From: a virus
Taxonomy: Duplodnaviria > Caudoviricetes
Length of the DNA stretch: 28,569 nt
IMG/VR virus record: IMGVR_UViG_3300030330_003094
Location: 1 to 28,569 of that record
Strand: one strand, 5' to 3'
The translations under genes and the position numbers were made by a program. This document shows, piece by piece, positions 19,873-26,528 of this stretch (the first letter of the stretch is position 1; the number at the start of each line of letters is the position of its first letter). The notes below the pieces were generated by a model, which had not been told where the DNA came from, searched no databases, and was given only the letters and a program-made list of their open reading frames with translations.

Positions 19873-20464
19873 TTTCAATGATCTCCTTTAGAATTGTTTT
19901 GAATTGAAACACATCAATATTTAGAAAGGGTAAATATTTTTTAATTTTCAAACTTACGGTTTCCCACACTGGGTCCGTAAGTTTCTTGTCAAACCGCTTT
20001 CTGAACTCAAATATTCTATCATAAATGACGAAATTTTCAAGTGTCAGTTTTCCGCCCAAATATGCTTTTAAGATTGGGGGATGTCCTTTCGTGCAATCGA
20101 ATAAACTGTCCAATTCGTTGTTCGATAGCAATTCGTTGCTTTGTTCTTTGAACAAGTAAGTCAAACTCTGTTTCCTTCGCATCCAGTCTGCGTAGGTCCT
20201 TTCTCCAGAATTGATAATCTCTCCAATCCATAGACTCTGTGGGTTATCTGCGGAAACAAAATTAGATACCAGAAAGTCAACAACCTCTCGGTCATTATAC
20301 TTTCTAGAAGTTTTCTCAAACCAATACTTATCTTTCCTCTTATTAAAAGACGTTACGGTAGCCCGTGTTCGAGCACCGTAACGAAAGAAGTCGTATTTGG
20401 GGTTTGTGAAGTGGTTTTTGAGTGACAAATAATGTTGATAAGTTTCAAAGGGTGTCACGGTCAT
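19862..20464 (-). CDS. gp59: Helicase loader gp59
   Basis: YLSLKNHFTNPKYDFFRY...FNKRKDKYWFEK...KIKKYLPFL. Confidence 0.92.
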   Translation of the reverse strand: MTVTPFETYQHYLSLKNHFTNPKYDFFRYGARTRATVTSFNKRKDKYWFEKTSRKYNDREVVDFLVSNFVSADNPQSLWIGEIINSGERTYADWMRRKQSLTYLFKEQSNELLSNNELDSLFDCTKGHPPILKAYLGGKLTLENFVIYDRIFEFRKRFDKKLTDPVWETVSLKIKKYLPFLNIDVFQFKTILKEIIENGT

Positions 20465-20721
20465 ATTGGGAGTTTTGCTCTCGATGTTTTCTTCATGAAG
20501 TTAAGACGAATAGCATCCCACTTCAGACGCTCCTTCAAAGGTTTTGAAATGAGCTTCGTGATTGATTCTACATCAAGTTCGTTAGTTTCGCAATAGAAAC
20601 AGATGGCATCAATATAATTCATCTTTTCTTTGGCGACAATACCTTCTATCTCCAAAGCAAACTTGGTTGGAGTAAGAAATTTGTTTTCGATTGCCTGTTC
20701 TAGTTCTTTATTAGGTTCCAT
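20461..20721 (-). CDS. gp33: Late transcription co-activator gp33 (start reassigned to MEPNK)
   Basis: FALEIEGIV...NYIDAICFYCE...LISKPLKERLKWDAIRLNF. The longer start would overlap the exonuclease gene by more than 100 nt. Confidence 0.9.
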   Translation of the reverse strand: MEPNKELEQAIENKFLTPTKFALEIEGIVAKEKMNYIDAICFYCETNELDVESITKLISKPLKERLKWDAIRLNFMKKTSRAKLPI

Positions 20722-21391
20722 AGAGTTCCAGTTTATCTCCAACAAACTTTCTAATGTACTCGGTGAGGAGTTTGATGTATTTTGATTTGTCTCGCTCTTC
20801 ATAGACGACGCATTCTCCATTTTCACAAGCCATGATGATTACAAGTTTTTCGACTGAAATACCAGTCAGTTCATAAAGCATACATCCATATGCCATGCAC
20901 TGAACAAAGTAGTGTTCAATCCAGTCTCTGGGTTTTGGTTTTTTAGACGTTTTAAAGTCAATTATTGCTAACTCGCCGTCATATTCAGCGATACAGTCAA
21001 CAGTGCCCGCAATCCCTAATACCTTACTATATAGGGAACCCTCAAGGGCGTAAATATTATTTATACGATTTAGATTTCCTTTAGAGATTTTGAACAGGAA
21101 GTCTGAGATAGGTTGAACCGTTGGAAGTTCTTCATTCTTCAGATAATGTTCGGTAAGAGTGTGCATGTCTGTACCACGACTAGTTGCCTTTTTCGTGATA
21201 CGGTCTGCTTCCTCAGTACCAACTCTCTTCCTCCATTTTACAAAGATCTCCTTATTAAAATGACTGGTCACCGAAGTAATGGAGACCAGTCGGAGAAGTT
21301 CTTCATCATCAGGCACTTTATAATATCTTACCCCATCAATAGTTTCCCTATCGAGTTTGGGTAAGTCAACTTCAACATGTTTAAACATCAA
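20711..21391 (-). CDS. PD-(D/E)XK exonuclease (RecB/Cas4-like fold)
   Basis: SITSV, RGTDMH, AGTVDCIAEYDGELAIIDFKTS, YFVQCMAY. Confidence 0.9.
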   Translation of the reverse strand: MMFKHVEVDLPKLDRETIDGVRYYKVPDDEELLRLVSITSVTSHFNKEIFVKWRKRVGTEEADRITKKATSRGTDMHTLTEHYLKNEELPTVQPISDFLFKISKGNLNRINNIYALEGSLYSKVLGIAGTVDCIAEYDGELAIIDFKTSKKPKPRDWIEHYFVQCMAYGCMLYELTGISVEKLVIIMACENGECVVYEERDKSKYIKLLTEYIRKFVGDKLELYGT

Positions 21392-22146
21392 AAACCAGCT
21401 TCCATTTTGGCGAGAATGTATTCTTTAACAAGACCAGAGCGGACAATATCGTCTACTCCAAACTCGATTATATCAAATGATGTCATTTTACGCAAGACAT
21501 TCATAAAGTCAACGATACCATTACGCTCATTTGATTTTTGAAGGTCAGACTGACGAGCATCTCCACAGAAACAGATCTTTGTATTTTCACCCACACGAGT
21601 GATAATACTATCAAGTTCGTGGAAGTTCAGGTTCTGAAACTCATCAACAATAACGATAGAATTATCAAGTGTAGTTCCACGCAAGAATGAAGTAGACCAG
21701 AACTTGATAGTTTCTTGTGACTTCAAATTACCATACAACATCTCAAAGTCAGCATCACTAGGCATCTGGAACATGTATTTGACCATGTTCTTATATGGGA
21801 TCTGGTAGATGTCCGCCTTATCCTCATGAGAACCAGGAAGAAAACCAATCTCCCTGGTTGCTACCAAAGAGCGTACAAGGTAAATACGCTCATACGGAGT
21901 ATTCTCATTCAGAACGTCACGAAGTGCATTGTAGAGAGTAATAAAGGTTTTACCTGTACCTGCACAACCATAAGCAACGATGTGTTTACCTTCATCATAT
22001 GAGTCAAACAGACGTTTTTGATTGTCTGAGAGAGGATCGATATCAACCAGATACTCTTGACTCAATGGTTTCTTACGCTTCATCTGCTTTGCAGTGAGTC
22101 CAACCCCAATGGGTTGCTCTGCAGATGCTCTTTTTCTTCTAGCCAT
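21388..22146 (-). CDS. phoH: PhoH-family ATPase
   Basis: Walker A GCAGTGKT; IGFLPG; FLRGTTLDN; DEFQN; TRVGENTKICFCGD; DIVRSGLV. Confidence 0.96.
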   Translation of the reverse strand: MARRKRASAEQPIGVGLTAKQMKRKKPLSQEYLVDIDPLSDNQKRLFDSYDEGKHIVAYGCAGTGKTFITLYNALRDVLNENTPYERIYLVRSLVATREIGFLPGSHEDKADIYQIPYKNMVKYMFQMPSDADFEMLYGNLKSQETIKFWSTSFLRGTTLDNSIVIVDEFQNLNFHELDSIITRVGENTKICFCGDARQSDLQKSNERNGIVDFMNVLRKMTSFDIIEFGVDDIVRSGLVKEYILAKMEAGF

Positions 22147-22148
22147 AC

Positions 22149-22394
22149 TTAAAGTTTCTTAATTCGTGAACCAGGCATTTTTTGAGCCCTGTGGAGAACA
22201 TCATTCCAACCAGGCTTCGACTTGCGAAGTTTGTCCTTCCACTCCCCAACTTCACCAACACCTGGTGCGTTGTCTGGTGTGTAGTATCTTTCCCAGTCGG
22301 GATTATCTTCTCTCCACTGATCCCAAGCATGAACGCTCATAACAACGTCTTTCGTCTCACCAGTTTCTTTATTTCTTACTGGATATGTAGCCAT
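22149..22394 (-). CDS. Conserved small cyanophage protein (FmdB-like N-terminus, no Cys)
   Basis: MATYPVRNKETGE...PGWNDVL...PGS; lies between thyX and phoH. Confidence 0.75.
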   Translation of the reverse strand: MATYPVRNKETGETKDVVMSVHAWDQWREDNPDWERYYTPDNAPGVGEVGEWKDKLRKSKPGWNDVLHRAQKMPGSRIKKL

Positions 22395-22415
22395 AGTTAT
22401 AAATTCAATGTGATG

Positions 22416-22421
22416 TATTTA
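22416..22421 (-). promoter_or_regulatory. Late promoter TAAATA overlapping the thyX stop codon
   Basis: tattta on + strand, 21 nt upstream of the ATG at 22394. Confidence 0.65.
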
Positions 22422-23054
22422 GACCCACTCAAGTGCTTCTGCACAGGTGGGGAACTGTTCGATAAAGACCTTCTTACAACCCTCTGCAAGGTCCATATGC
22501 TCCTTCTGAGTGCCGTTAGCGGTCCTCAGGTTGATGTAATGAATCCAGGAGCGGCAAGAACCAGACATGTAGATGCGGGTAGGAGTTGCCAAAGGAAGCA
22601 CAAAACGGGCACATTCCTTTGCGATTCCAGAGTCTAGCATGGACTGATACAGAACCATTGCTTCGTCAAAGTGACGACGAATCTTGATTTCAAACTCTTG
22701 CTTCACAAACGGGTCAATATCGTCAATAGAGTTCTGACGGTTCTTAGTATCTTGACGACGGAGGTCAAACATAGGAACTTGATCTGCCAACATAGAACTA
22801 TCAGCGTACCGTTGTGAAAATTCTTGATATGTAAACGAACGGTGCCGGAGCACTTGAGCTGCTACACCTCTGGTAGTTTCCAGTTCGAGAGTCATAAATG
22901 CCTGCTCAAACACAGACCAGTGGTTGTGCTTAATGCAGTAACCCAACAGTTTTGCATAGTTGGGGTTTTCCTGGTTATTGGGGTTTGACACACGAGCAAC
23001 GTATGCCATCATCTTCTCCGCATCGGGAGTTACACTAATCAGTTTTACACTCAT
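22419..23054 (-). CDS. thyX: Flavin-dependent thymidylate synthase
   Basis: HWSVFE; ThyX motif QVLRHRSFTYQEFSQRY; AKECARFVLP; RSWIHYINLR. Confidence 0.97.
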   Translation of the reverse strand: MSVKLISVTPDAEKMMAYVARVSNPNNQENPNYAKLLGYCIKHNHWSVFEQAFMTLELETTRGVAAQVLRHRSFTYQEFSQRYADSSMLADQVPMFDLRRQDTKNRQNSIDDIDPFVKQEFEIKIRRHFDEAMVLYQSMLDSGIAKECARFVLPLATPTRIYMSGSCRSWIHYINLRTANGTQKEHMDLAEGCKKVFIEQFPTCAEALEWV

Positions 23055-23212
23055 TTGAAACCTTTCTTGTCCAATTCATCTAGTTCAGTTAATTGCTCTT
23101 TGAGAGAGCGAAGTTGCTTTTTCATCTTTATCAACTGTTCACTTGTATAAAGATGTTCTTGTTTGATCAAACGTTCAAGCATTTTGACCAACTTTTTGCC
23201 TCTACTTGTCAT
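23051..23212 (-). CDS. 53-aa coiled-coil hypothetical protein
   Basis: Hand-translated MTSRGKKLVKMLERLIKQEHLYTSEQLIKMKKQLRSLKEQLTELDELDKKGFK; ATGA overlap with thyX and TAATG overlap with the upstream gene. Confidence 0.8.
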   Translation of the reverse strand: MTSRGKKLVKMLERLIKQEHLYTSEQLIKMKKQLRSLKEQLTELDELDKKGFK

Positions 23213-23382
23213 TAGTCTGGATAACCATCGTCGTCGTCAAAGATCTCATCATAGTCACCAATCAAAAGATCACTCTTTTCCGTTGTCTTGTAGGCTTTCG
23301 GATCAGAATAGACTTCTGCCTTGATACTATCAACCAACAACTCAAGGTTCCTAACCATAAGTTTTAGTTTTTCTCTGTCCAT
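23212..23382 (-). CDS. Small acidic-tailed hypothetical protein
   Basis: MDREKLKLMVRNLELLVDSIKAEVYSD...DDDDGYPD; start chosen downstream of the promoter. Confidence 0.8.
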   Translation of the reverse strand: MDREKLKLMVRNLELLVDSIKAEVYSDPKAYKTTEKSDLLIGDYDEIFDDDDGYPD

Positions 23383-23403
23383 AATACTATGCACACTCTG
23401 TTC

Positions 23404-23432
23404 ATTATAGCACAAAAAAAGGAGGGTGTTAA
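23404..23432 (-). promoter_or_regulatory. Sigma70-type promoter TTAACA-N17-TATAAT
   Basis: -35 at 23427-23432, -10 at 23404-23409. Confidence 0.7.
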
Positions 23433-23438
23433 CCCTCC
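23414..23438 (-). terminator. Rho-independent terminator ending the DUF4278-like operon
   Basis: GGAGGG-TTAACA-CCCTCC followed by T7 on the minus strand. Confidence 0.85.
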
Positions 23439-23587
23439 AGTTTCCAACTTTTTTTGCCTCTGGATTTTAAATCAACCCATTTAGCGTAGTGTATGCCACG
23501 ATACGTTAAAAACCCAAAAGTTTTGTCTGGATCGTGTTTTACGGGGTCATATGCTGGAAGATCATTATGTAAGTTGACCTTCAGCAT
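23429..23587 (-). CDS. DUF4278-like small protein (LTYRG motif)
   Basis: MLKVNLHNDLPAYDP...FLTYRGIHYAKW; GAGGTGAG Shine-Dalgarno upstream. Confidence 0.7.
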   Translation of the reverse strand: MLKVNLHNDLPAYDPVKHDPDKTFGFLTYRGIHYAKWVDLKSRGKKSWKLEG

Positions 23588-23591
23588 ATTC

Positions 23592-23687
23592 TCACCTCTT
23601 TTGTAAAAGTGTGAGTTCCCCGTAAAGTAAACCAAGAAATGCAATACTAAAAATAGAACCTAATGATGCTACTTGTAATGCTTGCAT
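23592..23687 (-). CDS. 31-aa single-TM peptide
   Basis: MQALQVASLGSIFSIAFLGLLYGELTLLQKR; GAGG Shine-Dalgarno; fills the gap between two YRG genes. Confidence 0.65.
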   Translation of the reverse strand: MQALQVASLGSIFSIAFLGLLYGELTLLQKR

Positions 23688-23694
23688 GATTGCC

Positions 23695-23859
23695 TCACTT
23701 GTTGTAAGTGTGACCACGATAGCAGAAAGTACCATGTACTTCGTCAACACCTTGCTTGCACTCAAATTTAACGCCACGATAGGTGGTCATTGCGATTTGA
23801 GCGTCGTGAAGTGCTGCTGCCTTCTCGATTTGCTTCTTGATGAGAGTTAGTGTGTTCAT
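23695..23859 (-). CDS. DUF4278-like small protein with two YRG motifs
   Basis: Hand-translated MNTLTLIKKQIEKAAALHDAQIAMTTYRGVKFECKQGVDEVHGTFCYRGHTYNK; AGGT Shine-Dalgarno. Confidence 0.8.
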   Translation of the reverse strand: MNTLTLIKKQIEKAAALHDAQIAMTTYRGVKFECKQGVDEVHGTFCYRGHTYNK

Positions 23860-23901
23860 TTGTCGTTACCTGAAATACTAGGGATTTTTAGCCCCGTTCC
23901 T

Positions 23902-24066
23902 TCAGTCGTTTGCGTCCCAGTAACACTCAGGTTCGGTTGCTTCCCTTACGGTCTCAACCAACTCAACCTTTACCTTGGGAGGTAAGGATTCATGTTTAGC
24001 AATTCTAAGCATAATAGCATCAGAATCCTGACAACTGAGTGTAGAGTATAGAAGTAATTCTAACAT
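23902..24066 (-). CDS. 54-aa small protein inside aptamer 2 (C-x35-C)
   Basis: Hand-translated MLELLLYSTLSCQDSDAIMLRIAKHESLPPKVKVELVETVREATEPECYWDAND; the last codons are aptamer nucleotides. Confidence 0.75.
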   Translation of the reverse strand: MLELLLYSTLSCQDSDAIMLRIAKHESLPPKVKVELVETVREATEPECYWDAND

Positions 24067-24101
24067 GGGATGAACGCTCCGTTCCGCGACTTACTTGCGT
24101 C

Positions 24102-24302
24102 CTATGTATACACGCCGTTACATTCACCTGGTACTTTTGACTTAAGATAAGCGATCAGACTCAACTTTGACCGAAGGTCAAGGTTTGGATCTAACCGAAT
24201 TTCCGTAGATCGTTGTAACCACCTTTCACAAGACATATGCCAGTCGTAAGGATTGGCGTCATTATGATGGGCAAGGGTGAATGCCAGCAGCAGTGCTAAC
24301 AT
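24102..24302 (-). CDS. 66-aa small, possibly secreted protein inside aptamer 1 (C-x35-C)
   Basis: MLALLLAFTLAHH...MSCERW...VPGECNGVYT; hydrophobic N-terminus; spans exactly the P2 loop. Confidence 0.75.
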   Translation of the reverse strand: MLALLLAFTLAHHNDANPYDWHMSCERWLQRSTEIRLDPNLDLRSKLSLIAYLKSKVPGECNGVYT

Positions 24303-24321
24303 TGGATGAACGTACTAGAGT

Positions 24322-24350
24322 ATTATAACTCTTATACTTTATTTAGTCAA
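24322..24350 (-). promoter_or_regulatory. Sigma70 promoter TTGACT-N17-TATAAT with an embedded late promoter TAAATA (24340-24345)
   Basis: -35 at 24345-24350, -10 at 24322-24327; predicted start site near 24315, a few nt before aptamer 1. Confidence 0.85.
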
Positions 24351-24355
24351 GTGCT

Positions 24356-24390
24356 TGTATCAACCACTACAAAAAGTTCGGTTTGATACA
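24356..24390. promoter_or_regulatory. NtcA-type boxes: perfect TGTA-N8-TACA (24356-24371) and imperfect GTT-N8-TACA (24376-24390)
   Basis: TGTATCAACCACTACA matches the GTA-N8-TAC consensus and lies just upstream of the -35 element. Confidence 0.65.
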
Positions 24391-24456
24391 ACTCTTTTTC
24401 TGAGAGACCCTACAGACCAAAATTTTTGCCGGGATTTTTTCCCCCGATTTTGGAAA

Positions 24457-24720
24457 TCACTTCCTCTTTTTGGTTTCGGGTGCCTTTACACCATAGAGTT
24501 TAGGGTTGATCCTACCCTCCGTTTGATTCATAGTCACGAAGTCTTTCTTGTACTTGTCGTAGTAATGATCAAAGATTTCAGACTGCTTTGCTGCAGCAGC
24601 GATGTCGTAGTGAGAGACATCATCTACTTTATACTCAACTAAAAATGAGTTGTTTGGAAGACTACGGTCTTCTGCTGGTTCTTGACCGCAGTCTTCAAAA
24701 AGAATTTTCATAATTTTCAA
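24457..24720 (-). CDS. Conserved hypothetical cyanophage protein
   Basis: LPNNSFLVEY...YDI...IFDHYYDKY...GRINPKLYG; coupled to the upstream gene. Confidence 0.8.
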   Translation of the reverse strand: MKIMKILFEDCGQEPAEDRSLPNNSFLVEYKVDDVSHYDIAAAAKQSEIFDHYYDKYKKDFVTMNQTEGRINPKLYGVKAPETKKRK

Positions 24721-25325
24721 GAGCGATTACCCCATTGAATGTCTGGATACGCTTGAGCAACTTGCTCCTTCGTAATTTTGTATTTGTCGGAAAGGCACTT
24801 GTCTTTCACAAGACATAAAATTTCTGCCTCCAGTGGATGCAGACCTTGGAGAAGGTTGATGAACATTGACTCACGACGAATACCATTCATAGCATCGTTA
24901 CCACCTTTGATAAAGTGATAAAAGTTCTTACACTCACGACGAATGGTAGTGCGACCTTGTTGGTCTGATGTGCCGATAGAGAATGAACCCGTCTCATACA
25001 TTTTACGGGTTGCAAGGTCAATCTTCTTACTCAGTGTTCCACTTGAAGAAGTTTGCTCCTCATAAGATGAGAAAGGAACTTCACCAGGAGGAAGAACACT
25101 AACGACACTCTCATCAAAGTTCCAGATGAAAAGCATCTTCAGTGATACATGTTCATGCTTCTTTAGTGCTTCAACTTTTTTTGCTGCTGAGCGTTGCTTA
25201 CTAACAAGATCGAGAACCTCAAAAGCAAGGGGGTTATTAGGAAGCTCTAAAGAAGCAGTTTGCCTAGGTTTGGCAGTAGTGGGTTTTTTAGCCTTCGTCG
25301 TCGTGGCCTTCTTCGTTGTCGTCAT
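24717..25325 (-). CDS. Conserved hypothetical T4-like phage protein (start reassigned to MTTTKK)
   Basis: IWNFDESV...LPPGEVP...RRESMFINLLQGLHPLEAEILCLVKDK. Confidence 0.8.
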   Translation of the reverse strand: MTTTKKATTTKAKKPTTAKPRQTASLELPNNPLAFEVLDLVSKQRSAAKKVEALKKHEHVSLKMLFIWNFDESVVSVLPPGEVPFSSYEEQTSSSGTLSKKIDLATRKMYETGSFSIGTSDQQGRTTIRRECKNFYHFIKGGNDAMNGIRRESMFINLLQGLHPLEAEILCLVKDKCLSDKYKITKEQVAQAYPDIQWGNRS

Positions 25326-25518
25326 AATAGTTTTCAAAGTTGAATGCAATAACCTCATCAGGAATCAGGTTACCCTGATTATCAAACATTTCGGGGTGAG
25401 GTCTTGGTACTTCCCGATAGTTCATCATGTATTCTCTTGCAACCCATCCACCTATTAATCCCACAACTAGAAACAATACGGTCAAAAATGAACCGAAAAC
25501 TAAACTTACTGCTAACAT
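25288..25518 (-). CDS. Small membrane protein (DUF2973-like HPEM motif)
   Basis: N-terminal TM MLAVSLVFGSFLTVLFLVVGLIGGW, then PHPEMFDNQGNLIPDEV; GAGG Shine-Dalgarno. Confidence 0.7.
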   Translation of the reverse strand: MLAVSLVFGSFLTVLFLVVGLIGGWVAREYMMNYREVPRPHPEMFDNQGNLIPDEVIAFNFENYYDDNEEGHDDEG

Positions 25519-25535
25519 TTGCCTTACCTCGGGAA

Positions 25536-25781
25536 CTAACGTTTTTTCCTTATACTCAAGGAAAATTCTAACTTGATGGTTACTTCCCGCTTGAAAAAGC
25601 AAACCATCTTATCAAAAAGAATGTGAATGTTTTTGGGTTGCTTTTTTACACCTCCATAAAGAATAAAATCAACTCCACGGTTAGCGTGGATCTTGTTTTT
25701 ATTTATGTTAGGACTTGATGACTTGTTTTTGTCTGAGGAATTTGATCGTGTCAACACAACCTCCAAGTTTTTCTTCGCCAT
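25536..25781 (-). CDS. Small basic hypothetical protein; start uncertain
   Basis: Open frame filling the gap below glutaredoxin. The nearest in-frame upstream ATG (MAKKN) overlaps glutaredoxin. ATAAATA late-promoter motif at 25700-25706. Confidence 0.45.
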   Translation of the reverse strand: MAKKNLEVVLTRSNSSDKNKSSSPNINKNKIHANRGVDFILYGGVKKQPKNIHILFDKMVCFFKREVTIKLEFSLSIRKKR

Positions 25782-25953
25782 GTAGGACTTGAGGGAAAGT
25801 TGATCCCTGTCCAAACATATCATAAAATTCGTTTCTGGTAAAATCTTCATCCAAGGTAAAAACCTCAAACTCTGCACCAGTCAACTCCATTACTTGCTTC
25901 ACTTTATAGCAGTATGGACAGTTTTCTTTAGAGTAGATTTTATAGTTCATCAA
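25708..25953 (-). CDS. nrdC: Glutaredoxin (NrdC-like)
   Basis: CPYC active site, TFPQV, LGGCVD. Confidence 0.93.
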   Translation of the reverse strand: MMNYKIYSKENCPYCYKVKQVMELTGAEFEVFTLDEDFTRNEFYDMFGQGSTFPQVLHGEEKLGGCVDTIKFLRQKQVIKS

Positions 25954-26528
25954 TCAAAAAAGAATATGTGAAATAAACGTGAATCTTCAATAGTCTGTCC
26001 AAAATATTTAGATGCAGCATGGATATTTTGAGCATCAAAAATAAACAGTCTATTGAAAACGTTACCAATGCTATCTATCAGGTCGAACTTGGTGGAATCA
26101 TAAAACCCACCATCAAATGCGGTTCCTATATTAGCATCAGATGATTTCCTAGCACCATTCTTACTAGCAAATAGTGATGTGCCACAGTCGTATGGCGCAT
26201 CAGGCGTCAAGTATATCATAGCAGCCCAGGTTTGTCCATCATGATGATAGACAAGACTATCCTGAGCAGTGCAATATTGAAACTTACCACACATACCATG
26301 AGATTCCCACTCACAGATCTGTATACCCATTATCTTTTCAAATGCTTCCTTGGTTCCAGGCAAAAAATATTGATGTTTAGTCCTACAACCTTTATAATAG
26401 TCCTTTTCCTCAACAAACTCTTGTTTTAAGGCAAAGTTTCTTACCGCCATTGGGTCTGCATAAAAGTTATCCACAACCCAGGTGGTCATCTGTGGTTTTC
26501 TATTCAGTTTTAATGGAACAAATCTCAT
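25950..26528 (-). CDS. 2OG-Fe(II) oxygenase-like protein
   Basis: VVDNFYADP, HxD (HHD), WAAMIYLTP, GTSLF, FNRLFIFD...H, RL..IFF: double-stranded beta-helix motifs. Confidence 0.75.
   Translation of the reverse strand: MRFVPLKLNRKPQMTTWVVDNFYADPMAVRNFALKQEFVEEKDYYKGCRTKHQYFLPGTKEAFEKIMGIQICEWESHGMCGKFQYCTAQDSLVYHHDGQTWAAMIYLTPDAPYDCGTSLFASKNGARKSSDANIGTAFDGGFYDSTKFDLIDSIGNVFNRLFIFDAQNIHAASKYFGQTIEDSRLFHIFFFD

Larger units (their letters stand above)
23892..24312 (-). ncRNA. Double glutamine (glnA-class) riboswitch-like element with ORF-containing P2 loops
   Basis: Module 1: CGTTCATCC (24312-24304)...GGACGCAAGTAAGTCGCGGAACGG (24102-24079). Module 2: CGTTCATCCC (24076-24067)...GGGACGCAAACGACTGAAGGAACGG (23918-23894). 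P1 CGTTC/GAACG, P2 TCC/GGA and E-loop AGTA/GAA match the glnA RNA architecture; upstream of DUF4278-like genes. Confidence 0.75.

Noticed and set aside
20711-21391. Cas4-like nuclease as evidence of a CRISPR system
   Set aside because: No array or other cas genes in the window; this exonuclease is a usual neighbour of phoH and gp33 in T4-like cyanophages.
22146-22420. Pho box upstream of phoH
   Set aside because: No convincing tandem PyTTAAPyPy-type repeats seen; only a late promoter motif.
23892-24312. Intron, tRNA or attachment-site explanation for the repeated CGTTCATCC/GGACGCAA motifs
   Set aside because: No group I/II core, cloverleaf or integrase is visible; the glnA-type aptamer pattern and DUF4278/NtcA context explain the motifs better.
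24355-24642. 95-aa plus-strand ORF
   Set aside because: Overlaps regulatory DNA and is antisense to a better-supported minus-strand gene.
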